The position numbers were made by a program, and so were the translations under genes. A DNA stretch of 52,485 nucleotides, counting the filler, from Ionaspis alba (taxonomy: Eukaryota), in assembly GCA_964255285.1 (NCBI GenBank). It is 2 parts of 2 records of this genome, joined end to end, with 100 filler letters (N's around TTAATTAATTAA, not from the genome) between each part and the next. Parts side by side here need not be neighbours in the genome. Positions count along the whole stretch, not along the records: positions 1 to 26,306 come from CAXUUL010000148.1; 1 more part is not named here. One strand, written 5' to 3'. Position 1 is the first letter of the stretch. Each line of letters begins with the position of its first letter. Of this stretch, positions 10,595 to 21,433 are shown one piece after another. Under the pieces are notes generated by a model that was given only the letters and a program-made list of their open reading frames with translations, was not told the origin of the DNA and did not search any database.

Positions 10595-12763
10595 ACCTGG
10601 ACAATCAATCGAGCCAAACGGTATTACAGATAAAACAATACCCACACCTTCCGCTATTCAATTAATTAGGTCATACAATGGAGGCTTAGCAGAACTATAC
10701 TCTAGTGCACGTGACTAGCCTTTATATCTTGCTCTGCCTGCGCCTAGTACTAATCTGCTAGCTTCCGGTTACAGCAATTCAGGGCCCCCAATAGCGTAAC
10801 CAGTAGTGATACTACTTCCAGACCCAAGTGATGCTTAACCGTGGCCTCCACAAGTTACCTCCACCAGATCCTTTCCTGCCATATCCCCTATCCCCAAAAA
10901 TACCGTCTCCCTGATGCCTCCTTGCTTTCTCCTGTACGAAGCACTTGCTGCGATCAGGTTTCATCTCGAGGAGCATTCGTTTGGTGAAGCCTTTAGCGAA
11001 AATTGCACAGGGTTGGCGAGGATAACAGCATGAGGAGGAAAAGAAGGACAACAAGGACGAATAAGCCATGGCCGAGGGCAAGACCGAGGACTAGGAGCAT
11101 GAGAACGACGATGATAAGAATATGTCGGGACGAAAGCTTTGGATAGAGAGAGCTTGCCGAGCCACTGATGCTCGTTGATGTGGCCTTTCGTCCGTCTTAG
11201 GCGACCCGTGAATATTTTTCCCGCAATTTTCGCAATTCTCAATTGTATATACAGGATTGTTGAACCTGCAGTACCGGCAAACCGGCATCGTTTCGTGGTG
11301 ACTGAACTAGATGCACCGTAAGTTGACGAGGTAAAGGTGGATAGCGGTGTTTGTTGTACACTTCTGTTGTAGAGCCGTTGCTGTGAACTAGACGCACTAG
11401 CGCAAGGGCTTTGGCGAAGCTGTCGATCGGGATCGGATGAGGTGAGATATGGATCAGGAAGTAAAAAATTGGCAATTAACTCAAAGGAACAACATTCGTA
11501 CCAGCTATTTACATAGAAGTCGGATCGCACCTGAGGAGATAGCAATAAAGAGAACATAGTACCAAGTGAGACGCTTGACGTTTGCCAACCAGAACAGGTG
11601 AAGAATTTGATAATACAAACAATTCGAAATGTACTAGCAGTTTCGGGTGTTTCAAGCCATTTGGCTTGTTGTAACCAAGACATCGACTGTTGCTGTAGAT
11701 AATGCCAGAGACCGAGACGAAGCAGCTTTGTCATTCAAGAAGAATGATTGGAAGGTTTCACGAAGCAAAGACCGCTTCCTAAGGACTCATCACGAACACT
11801 CTTGGGCAAGGACATTTCAGACATCATGGATTCTTGGAACAATCTCGAATCTTCCAGAATTTGACCCAGGAACACCCTACAATGCCCCGAACACCGTATC
11901 CGCACACTGAGGAACTGCCGGAAACATTGTCTCGGCAGCGAGCATAAGCGTATTAGTGATTCAGTGATATCCTTCCCCAGCTCGATTCACTAAGAATAAA
12001 GGCTCCAGGGTCTCCATATCAAGAGGGTTAGAGGTGTCGGAATTGTCTAGCCATACGTGAATCGCCAGTTGTTGTCATGGCCGGAAATGAAGTTTGTTCT
12101 GAATACCGCTCTTCCAAGATACTTTCGAAAAAGGCCATCGTGCAAACTCTTGGTAGAAAGAAACATTTGTCCAATAGGAGTGACCCACTCCAAGTCCTCC
12201 TCACGATGCTAGTATTCTGCGTTGGACATTCGGCAATCTTCCCTGGGCCGAAGCTTCCATTGGTGCACATTAGCTGTAACTTACACGAGTAAGTAGAGCT
12301 TAAATCTACAGGAGCATATGTCAGATCATGGTCCTCGCATGGTAGTTACCGCATTCTAGCATCCATCGTTACCCAGTGGCTAATTTGAAGGGCTGCGACT
12401 TACGGTCGCTTTACAAGAAGGTGGTGCTGGCACAATTCTCTGTAAAGACTAGTTGCCGCATCTAAGAGCAATGTACGTAGATGTGTGGTCCCATAATGAA
12501 TATTCTGCTCAGCGGGAAGGACACCGATGGTAGTCCCGCTTCGATTTCTAGGCGTTGAGAAAAGTGGGAACTCGGCGATGAGGTATACGATGATTGATTT
12601 TCCTAGCTACGAGGAAGGTATTAAAACCTTGCGGACTAAACTATATCCCGGTAATGTTCTTCCGGAGGTTAAAGTGGTTCGCTTAATGCGTTAATCGCGG
12701 CTGGATTCGACGATTCGATTCGAGGGAGTGCAAGAAACCAGAGGCAACAATAATCACATTAGT

Positions 12764-14836
12764 ATGAGCCATAAAGAGCCGACAGTAACAGCCGATTTTA
12801 TGGCCAGCCTGAAGTTTAGTCTTCTCAAAGATACTGAACGGCATCTAGCCGAGGTGCACGAGTCACCAGATACTCCTCTTGATGCACGAAAGTTGGAGAA
12901 ACTTGACCGTCAACTTTGTGGCAAGTACTAGCCCCTAACATACATTAATACTCTGCTGTCGATCTCCGCTTTGCTACAAATGTTATCTATCTCCATGGTG
13001 GTCGTATCCAATCATTGCTGTTATTGTATTGCGCGCTTTCTTCTTTGATATCCGTCGAAAGTAATCAGACCGTTTTCTGATCAACAGACAGCTTCGCTGA
13101 ACGATGATGAACGCCATCTAGTGCTTAACCAAATATCAGCACTTTTCGCAACTTTGCAGCAGGATCCAACGCCTGTGGCGGAGCTATTGGAGAGACTAGT
13201 CGAACCAGCTTCCTTCGACTACTCTAAAGTGCTCTCGATAGAGCCGCGTATCAACTTCAAGCTTGGCTTGACCTTTCCCTCTCCACCTATCAACCTCGCT
13301 TGCTTGTCTCTTCTGTACAAGGCCACCTACAGTCCGGGCGATGCAGCGATAGTTGCCTCGGATCCGGACATCATCTTGGCTCTTGTCGAGGCCTGGCTGA
13401 CTACGCCTGAGACTGCTATTGCTGCCAGATCTCTACGGGTACTTTCAGGGTTGCTTGAGATTGACGTTGTAGGGTCCTCGAGCAATAGAGATGAGCCTTC
13501 GCTGAACTCACATGGCCAAGGTCTTGTGTGGCGCCGCATTCTCCGAGATCGCGATATCTATGGCCGATTGTTCTCGTTATGCAGTCTCTCAACTCTGGGC
13601 CAGGAAGGTCAGCCGAATGCGCGTAACAAAACTGTTGCCCAGGCAAGGTTGTTGGAATTCTTGGGACTCTTTGCTAGGTTCAGAGAATTACGAAGCCCGC
13701 AGCTACCGGGGATCGAAAGTGATTACTGCGTCACAGATGGGGGCCTCCTCGAGTTTGCAACACTCCATATGATTGATTACGAGGGAGATATCATGATGCA
13801 CGCTAACCTCATCGAATTTCTTGTTACCTATGTCAGTCAGTATGACGACATCTCCTCTGCTCTTGGTCCTCCAGTTCTAGTTGAGCCCACTCCTCACTCA
13901 TCCGTGGCTTTAGACTTCCTCATATCTAAAGGCCTTCACTCACGCACTATCTCATACTTCATTGACCCAGAAAAGCTCGATAGCTTGATCTCTCCCCGGT
14001 CGGCCAACTACCTTTCCGCCTACGTTTCTCGCTGTCCCAATCACTTCCTTCAAACCGACCAGTCTTTGTCCAAAGCCATTATTCACTGCTTGGCCGGCAG
14101 ACTACGAGCGGCTTCGTGGATCAATAATAACGCTCCAAAATCCACGTTACAGGTGTTGGCTAGTCTTCCTCGAAAAGCTTTAGTCCCACAATCAGACGGA
14201 GAGAGTCCTCTTTTCCTGATACCCACCAGACCCGCCAATGTGGATGCATTCAATACACTGTCGCTAGTCTTTGGTAGAGCAGCAGACGATGCATCCCAGC
14301 CTCTAATCTCAGCCAGAATGAATCAGGAGCGACGGAAATTCTTCGAGAATGATAGGGAGATAGCTCATGTCTTATACCAGTCGTACTTGGACAAGAACCC
14401 CTCTTTCTGGCAAGACATCGTGTCAACAGCTAGGAAAGTCGCCCTGAAAGAGGAAGCTCTTGCAGCCGTTCATTTGATTGGGGCTGTTCTCTCTGCGCAA
14501 TGGGGTCCGACAGGGGCTGCCTCTGCTTTTTCAGGCACGGTGGCAATCCTCAAAGAACCCACTCGTGACATTGTGCTCCCATACCTAATGGAGCGGGATC
14601 AGATCTTCAGTGGGGAGGGGGATAGCTCGAGTACGGCTTATGCAGTGGCGACTGCAAGGCATGATGTTCTCGTGCTACTTCATCGAAAAATCAAAGAGTT
14701 GGCTACTAATCACAGCACTGACCCGGACGGGGAATCTTGGAGGGAACTTCTTGGGGCAATTGGAAGACGAGCTGCTCAGGGGCCGCTTGGGATTTCAAGT
14801 AACGTTGGAGGGCACGTAGGGCTGTTGGAGCTTTAG
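12764..14836 (+). CDS. Hsm3-like ARM/HEAT-repeat protein (proteasome base assembly chaperone family), 2 exons 12764-12920, 13092-14836
   Basis: TLQQDPTP, AWLTTPETAIA...LLEID, GQGLVWRRILRDRDIY and KTVAQARLLEFL match my recollection of the filamentous-fungal HSM3_N-domain family. ORFs 12728.. and 13121.. join in phase 1 through a GCAAGT...CAG intron. Confidence 0.7.
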
Positions 14837-15313
14837 AGCTAGATCTGTATTGCGATGATGACGTGGGTAATGGCTATTATGATTGCATGATGGCTGAGAC
14901 ACAGGTCCCTTTGAGCACACCCGAAAAATCAATTGATGGCATGATAGAAATATTTGGGACTGATAATTAGGGCCAGCAGTAAGCCCTGGAGTGGCCTCAG
15001 ATACTAAGCTGCGTGAGTTTTCATAAGGTGACGAGGACGCTTGCAAGCAATGCGCTCTCCTCTGCCATTTTCTAGAGTGTGATCAAAACAATAGAAACAT
15101 TCAGGATCCTGCGGACTTCAACTTGTGTTGTGGCCAGTTTTTCCATGAACGCCCATCCTGACTGTGCTTGCTGTTATCAGCCCAAGAACGCAGAACTTCC
15201 CAGCATTGACGTATCACAGAGGGAGACACTGTAGAGCGCAATACAAATCGCTCAGCTCTCTGTCACAAACAGTGCTATTCCTAGTAACTTACTGGATCAT
15301 ATAAGTGACCGTC

Positions 15314-15928
15314 TCATGTCTGGGTTAGAAGCTCACCTACGTGACTGGTAGTCCTGTATCTACTATGTCCAACCGTATAATCAAACTCCATGGATTCCAG
15401 GGAATTCTCCTTTCCGATCTCACTCATATGAGGAATGTTCTCAGAAACATCAATTGAATAGTGGCGGCGCTCGTCCTCGGAGTAAGTAGCGTGGCTTCGC
15501 TTGTTGTCTAGGCGGAGTTGAGCGGGCTCAAGAAATGCACGGCACTCCCGTCCGCATGCCCTTTGTGCTTTTCCTACACCAGCCTGACGAGAGGATCTGT
15601 TTCCGGCACGGCAGTCTCTAGATTGTAACCACAGTTTATCGTTCGAGCTCTGATGTCTCGATAAAGGTTTGGAACGGGTGCTGGGAGGCCACAACACTTC
15701 ATCTTTTGTACTGTTATCTGATATGCATCCAGTTGTAGATTGGAACGGGTCGTGGAGCAACGGTTGCTCAGAGTTAGTGTTGACAGTTATGGTTTGAGAG
15801 ATTCCTGATTGACGTCGTTGGACATCCTCTGCCTCTGTAGGAGATAGTGTAGCTGAGTCAGGTATGAGCGCTGCTCTCCGTCTTCGACCGCCATAGTCAT
15901 TGGCAGTAGGCGGTAGCCTTGATAACAT
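15314..15928 (-). CDS. Hypothetical S/R-rich protein
   Basis: 204-aa ATG ORF, low complexity, possible GTGAGC donor at 15336; no recognisable domain. Confidence 0.35.
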   Translation of the reverse strand: MLSRLPPTANDYGGRRRRAALIPDSATLSPTEAEDVQRRQSGISQTITVNTNSEQPLLHDPFQSTTGCISDNSTKDEVLWPPSTRSKPLSRHQSSNDKLWLQSRDCRAGNRSSRQAGVGKAQRACGRECRAFLEPAQLRLDNKRSHATYSEDERRHYSIDVSENIPHMSEIGKENSLESMEFDYTVGHSRYRTTSHVGELLTQT

Positions 15929-16560
15929 GCTCGATTATGACCACTAGGTGTAGCTAAGTGTCCAATTGAGATAGTGATACAAATAAAGTCTGCTCGTTGC
16001 TCTGGAAAGAGATCTTCTCGCCCGTCTTAAATCCTGGCCCTTGGAGGTGACGTATGAGACACATCTTCAGACAGCAAACACGGTAACGTGGAGTAAACAG
16101 TGTTCATGACAGTCTGGAGTTAGGCTTCGGCTGGCAGCATCTTCAGGTAGAAGACCACAAGAGCTTGTGCACCAGCGTTCTTGTACGAACATCTACTAGG
16201 CGAAAGGCTAACATAGGAAATTGAAGTCGTAAGTCGATTCTTCAGACTTGCCGCTGAGACAGCTTGATAAACCTGTATAAAGGAAGAAAGCAATCGGAAA
16301 TCATTGTTGATCAAAAAAATATGCGCGAGCAGCCAGGCTACTGTTGAACTTGCACATCGAAAGCAGCAAGCAATCATGATTGCAGCGCAAAGTAGCAAAC
16401 AGCAACAAAAGTGGAAAGCTTGGAAGCTAAGAACAGCAGAGCTTCCGGGTGACAAGATCAAAGGTGGCAAGCATTCGAATGACTAACAGGTCAGCAGGTT
16501 GTCAGCGATCATTGGAGTCTGTGATATAGCAGAAGGGAGTGGAGGATACCGTCTAGGTGG

Positions 16561-16598
16561 ACTGTGGTTAGCATGTGATCCACGTGATTTCACGTCAT
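16561..16598 (+). promoter_or_regulatory. Candidate sulfur-regulon motif cluster upstream of MET2
   Basis: ACTGTGG (16561-16567), CATGTGA (16572-16578), CACGTGA (16581-16587), CACGTCAT (16591-16598). Confidence 0.4.
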
Positions 16599-16618
16599 TC
16601 TAAGTTTGCAGAGCAAAA

Positions 16619-16828
16619 TGTATACATACTCGCAATACAGCTCGATCTCGAAATGGTCAATCCTCTTTATTCTNNNNNNNNNNNNNNNNNNNNNNNNNNN
16701 NNNNNNNNNNNNNNNNNNNNNNNNNNNNNNNNNNNNNNNNNNNNNNNNNNNNNNNNNNNNNNNNNNNNNNNNNTGTATACATACTCGCAATACAGCTCGA
16801 TCTCGAAATGGTCAATCCTCTTTATTCT
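16619..16828. repeat. 55-bp exact direct repeat flanking an N gap (probable unmerged contig overlap)
   Basis: TGTATACATACTCGCAATACAGCTCGATCTCGAAATGGTCAATCCTCTTTATTCT at 16619-16673 and again at 16774-16828. Confidence 0.85.
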
Positions 16829-16842
16829 CGTTCTGCCGACCA

Positions 16843-18477
16843 ATGATGACAGCTAGGCAAGAGATACCCAACGGTATCTCGAACTCGCAGAAACTCCGTC
16901 AGTATCACCGCAGTCCATTTCCTTCTCGAGTTCTACAAATGCTAAATCCCGTAGAGAGAGTCTACAACCAGCCTGAGAATCCATTCGCATCCCTAGTTCC
17001 GGACCAACAGATTGCCATAATACCCTCGTTCACCCTTGAATCTGGTGTTGTGCTACACAATGTCCCAATTGCTTACAGCACCCGTGGAAAGCTGTCGCAA
17101 AGCAGGGACAATGTCATGGTTATATGTCATGCCCTGACAGGTAGCGCAGATGTTAGTGACTGGTGGGGCCCTCTAATAGGAGGAGGAGGAAGAGCTTTCG
17201 ATGTCACCAGGTTCTATGTCATCTGTTTGAACAGTCTTGGGAGCCCCTATGGAAGCGCCAGTCCGGTCACTTGCAAGAAGGGAGACCCAAACCTGGAACG
17301 ATATGGGCCGGAGTTTCCTTTGACCACAATACGCGATGATGTCAAGTATGTTGAGTGCGAACATTTACTGACCATACTGCTGACTACTTCCAGCATCCAT
17401 AAGATTGTGCTGGATGATCTCGGAGTGCGCCAGATAGCAGCAGTGGTCGGGGGTTCTATGGGCGGTATGCTTGTTCTCGAGTATGCGTATTTTGGGAAGG
17501 ACTATGTCCGCACCATCGTCCCAATAGCCACATCAAGTCGACATAGTGCATGGGGTATCAGTTGGGGCGAGGCGCAGCGACAGAGCATATACTGTGATCC
17601 GAAATATCAGGATGGGTACTACTCGTTCCAAGATCCACCTACGTCTGGACTTGGGGCAGCGCGCATGTCGGCTCTGCTTACCTACAGAAGTAGAGATTCA
17701 TTTGAGTCGAGGTTTGGAAGAAACATACCAGATCCGTCAAAAAGACAGAATATAAACGACAGCAACCGACCGATACCATCGAACGAGCACTGGGCTGTCC
17801 ATAATGAGGGTCACAAGACTACCCACTTTCCTGGAAATGCGAGTGTTGTCAGTAATAACGCATCGACACTGAACAGAAGTGCCACTGTAGCGGAGGTTGC
17901 TGTACCAGAACTTAAAGATCCACAGTTTCACGGAGCTACCCCTCTCGTATCTGCACAACTGCCAACAAACGAACGGAAGCGGGCAACAACCTACTTCTCC
18001 GCTCAATCTTACCTCCGATATCAAGGAGAGAAATTTGTCAAACGCTTTGATAGCAATTGTTATATTGCAATCACCAGGAAGCTGGATACTCATGATGTCT
18101 CACGGCATCGGATTCCTGCGGGCACGAAAGATGCTATCGCATTAGCTCTCGCCCAAATAGAGCAGCCTACTCTTGTCCTGGGGATTGAGAGCGATGGACT
18201 TTTTGCATTTCCTGAACAGCAAGAGCTTGCGGCCGCGATACCAAACTCAAGGTTGCGGACCATCGATAGCCCAGAGGGTCATGATGCGTTCTTACTTCAG
18301 TTCGAGCAGGTCAACAAGCATATTCTAGAGTTTTTCCGAGAGGTGCTTCCGGACATCATGAACAGTCCCGGAGCAGAAGTCGATGGCATCAATGGAGCGG
18401 GCAGTGACGGCGCAGGAATTATGACCAAGACGAGTACTTTTGGCGAGGCGGAGGTAGAAGATATCACCGCATGGTGA
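16843..18477 (+). CDS. MET2: Homoserine O-acetyltransferase
   Basis: ICHALTGSADVSDWW, nucleophile elbow GGSMGG, YLRYQGEKFVKRFDSNCY, SDGLF, EGHDAFLLQF and C-terminal EVEDITAW. In-frame 48-nt intron 17346-17393 (GTATGT...CTGAC...CAG). Confidence 0.96.
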   Translation: MMTARQEIPNGISNSQKLRQYHRSPFPSRVLQMLNPVERVYNQPENPFASLVPDQQIAIIPSFTLESGVVLHNVPIAYSTRGKLSQSRDNVMVICHALTGSADVSDWWGPLIGGGGRAFDVTRFYVICLNSLGSPYGSASPVTCKKGDPNLERYGPEFPLTTIRDDVKYVECEHLLTILLTTSSIHKIVLDDLGVRQIAAVVGGSMGGMLVLEYAYFGKDYVRTIVPIATSSRHSAWGISWGEAQRQSIYCDPKYQDGYYSFQDPPTSGLGAARMSALLTYRSRDSFESRFGRNIPDPSKRQNINDSNRPIPSNEHWAVHNEGHKTTHFPGNASVVSNNASTLNRSATVAEVAVPELKDPQFHGATPLVSAQLPTNERKRATTYFSAQSYLRYQGEKFVKRFDSNCYIAITRKLDTHDVSRHRIPAGTKDAIALALAQIEQPTLVLGIESDGLFAFPEQQELAAAIPNSRLRTIDSPEGHDAFLLQFEQVNKHILEFFREVLPDIMNSPGAEVDGINGAGSDGAGIMTKTSTFGEAEVEDITAW

Positions 18478-18742
18478 ATATTAGAGTAGTCAATTGAGAC
18501 AATTCCAAGAACCGAGTGTATATGATATATCAACCAATTCCGGTAGCTCTCACTTTGCTTTGTGCCTTGTCCGACTTATAGACCGAGTCAATGCGCTAGT
18601 CCCAAATAGATCAAGTGCAATGCCTGCCAAGTCAAAGTCGCGCGCATTCTTCAAATTCGTGTTGACCCTTGCTCTGTTTGGCATACAACAAAAGAACTTT
18701 CGGAGATCCTGGGTGTCAGTCAATGTACAGATCCTTCACCTA

Positions 18743-20718
18743 ATGACGGACTACAACAAGCTTACAGTCGTCAAGCTCAAGGAAGAGCTCGAAAAGCGTG
18801 GTCTACCAAAAACCGGTCTCAAGGCCGCGCTCGTTGAGCGATTGAATGAAGCCGATGCGCAAGCAGCTTCCGTGAGCGCGGACTCTGCGAGAGAGGTCCC
18901 TGATCAGCCGGAAGCCGCGCAGAAAGTTGATACAGCGTCGATCATACAAAGCAATGATGGTATAGACTCGAGCACACAGGTTCTTGCCATTGTACCTCCT
19001 AGCGACAAGATCGACAACGCTCCTNNNNNNNNNNNNNNNNNNNNNNNNNNNNNNNNNNNNNNNNNNNNNNNNNNNNNNNNNNNNNNNNNNNNNNNNNNNN
19101 NNNNNNNNNNNNNNNNNNNNNNNNCGCTCCTGAGAAAGAAGACCCGTTAACACCAAAGACTGTTTCTCCCTCAGAGTCGGGAAAACTAGAAGAGCCTATT
19201 CAGCAACCAATCGAAGTCGACATCAACCATGACCAGCACGTCCTTGGTATTGATAGACCAGAAACAGCAATTGATACGGCAGCTACGGAAGTGAAAGAGC
19301 TTTCCAAGATACAAGATGCTGCTCCTACATTACCAGATTTTGCGACTACACCAGAGCGCAGCCAGACCGTCCAAGACAGCGGTACAGCCACGGCACAAGC
19401 CTCGAAGGAGACATCTGTGAATCGGGAGGAGATACTCGAAGACTCTCGGAAACGGAAGCGAAGAAGTCAGAGTCCTCCGCCTTCTTCGATAGATGCAGCA
19501 CAGAAGAAGGCAAAGGCGCAAGATGGAAGTCCGATTGTCAGATTACGGGAGGACACGGAAACAGAAGAACCCGCTCCGAGTCCTACCAAGGCCGAGATCG
19601 TATCCAGGGATGCATTGACAGACGACAAGACCAATGGGAAAGCGTCAAAAGAAGAGGAAGAGCATATTGTGAAAGACGAAGTCCCGTCTCGAACTGGCGA
19701 AAGGCGTGGGTCTACCATACATGAAACTCTACCATCGCCTTCCAAGATGTCGCCTACAGACACGCGGTTCAAGAATCTCTTCCCCGCACCTTCCAAGGAC
19801 CTGCCGACGTCCAAGCAGGATTCCTACCAGGATTTAGAAGATCGTGATATCCCACCCGCACTCCACCCCGCCACATCCTCTCTCTACATCCGCAACTTCA
19901 GCAGACCGTTGCATCCCGGTAACCTGAAGGAGCACCTTGCCTCTTTAGCACGTCCTGCACACTCAACTCCAGCTCCAGAAATCATCACCGACTTCTTCCT
20001 AGACACCATCAAGACTCATTGCCTAGTTCGCTTTTCTACCGTTGCCGCAGCATCAAGGGTCCGATCCGCGCTGCATGACAGGGTTTGGCCAGAAGAGAGG
20101 ACGAGGAAGCCACTGTGGGTAGATTTTGCGCCGGAAGAAAAGCTCCAGAAATGGATCGAAGTGGAGCAAGGAGCCGGGGGTAGTAGAGGGCAACCTGGGA
20201 AACGATGGGAGGTAGTCTACGAACAGGAGGACGGAAAAATCGCGGCCTATTTGCAGGAGACCGATGGGACAGCTGCGGCTCGTCCGTCTATATCGAATGG
20301 ACCAAGAATGGAAGCCGGAATGGGAGTTCAAGGAGCTCCATCGGGGCCGAGAATAACTGATGCGAGGTCCCAGCTACCACCTACACCCAGAGCCGATACA
20401 GGCAAAGGGTTCAAAGCGCTTGATGATCTGTTCAAGTCGACGACCGCGAAGCCGAAGCTCTATTTCCTGCCTGTTATTGAGGCCATTGCGAATAGGAGAT
20501 TGGACAAGCTGGCGGCGGGTCGAGGAGGGGGCAGGAGTGATGAGATGCGCCGATTCACCTTCGAGGACGAAGTTATTGTTGACAGAGGCCCAGAGTTCGG
20601 CTCGGGTTGGAGGGGAGGTCTCAGAGGCCGAGGTGGCTATTCAGGAGGATATTCAGGGCGGGGTGGAGGAGGTTACAGGGGTGGTCGTGGAGGTGACAGC
20701 TGGAGAGACGGACGATGA
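18743..20718 (+). CDS. Acinus-like protein: SAP domain, Acinus-type RRM, RSB motif, RGG tail (spans assembly gap)
   Basis: SAP domain YNKLTVVKLKEELEKRGLPKTGLKAALVERL; RRM HPATSSLYIRNFSRP...FFLDTIKTHCLV...ALHDRVWPEE; RSB-type LDDLFKSTTAKPKLYFLP. Merging the CGCTCCT overlap on both sides of gap 19025-19124 restores one frame. Confidence 0.87.
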
Positions 20719-21433
20719 TTCGAGATACCTTCTCTAGCTTGTATTAAATATCTGGATACTCTTTTCAATGAGTACTCTGATTGTCTGGACGTGCACGCAC
20801 ATTGGCATGCTAGCCTTGTAGACCAGCAGCAAATGATTGTCGTTCTAGTCTAAGGATCGATCTAATGTCAGATCTGCCTTGCTCCCTCTGCGCCATCATT
20901 AGCCACAAGCGTCGTCGCCGTTATGCACATCAGGGGTGGCTGTAAATAGGTGATCCACATCCTCCAAGAGGCTAAGACGACCGGGCGACGCTTGGTGATC
21001 AAGGGGAGGATTCACCTTCTGGGGAAGTGAACGATAAAACATACATGACTCCATTCACGCATATGCTTTTTTGACGTTTATGATTGCTGTCAGCATCGCC
21101 CACTGAGCATCCTTATCTAGATACGTTGAAACGCCCAAACGGCACTGAAACACGAACAAAGACCGCGCCTATCCTTTCGTATTGACTGCGAAATAAGGAG
21201 TCTAAACATAATAGGTCTCACCGTCACGACTATCACTATACCACAGCGATCCGGAAGTCTAACGCAGGTCACTCAGTTGCTTTCCATTCAAGCTCATCGC
21301 CGCTCACGATCTAGATATCGAAAAGAGTCTGAGAAAGCCCCGCACCTACACCCTACAGAAGAAGTGAAACGAAGAAACAGCCTGCCTGGTGCAAGGAAAC
21401 CGAATACAGCGTGGAGACGGTCTCCCAGTGGAC

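Noticed and set aside
10961..11734. 257-aa minus ORF
   Set aside because: Low-complexity, no motif and no coding signal I can support; only the overlapping zinc-ribbon/TM frames looked non-random.
14854..14896. ATGATGA...CTGA as a box C/D snoRNA
   Set aside because: Only about 40 nt, no terminal stem or recognisable guide; lies in a probable 3' UTR.
16606..16842. N-terminal extension of the 623-aa MET2 ORF
   Set aside because: It runs through an N gap and a duplicated flank; an artefact of translating across the gap.
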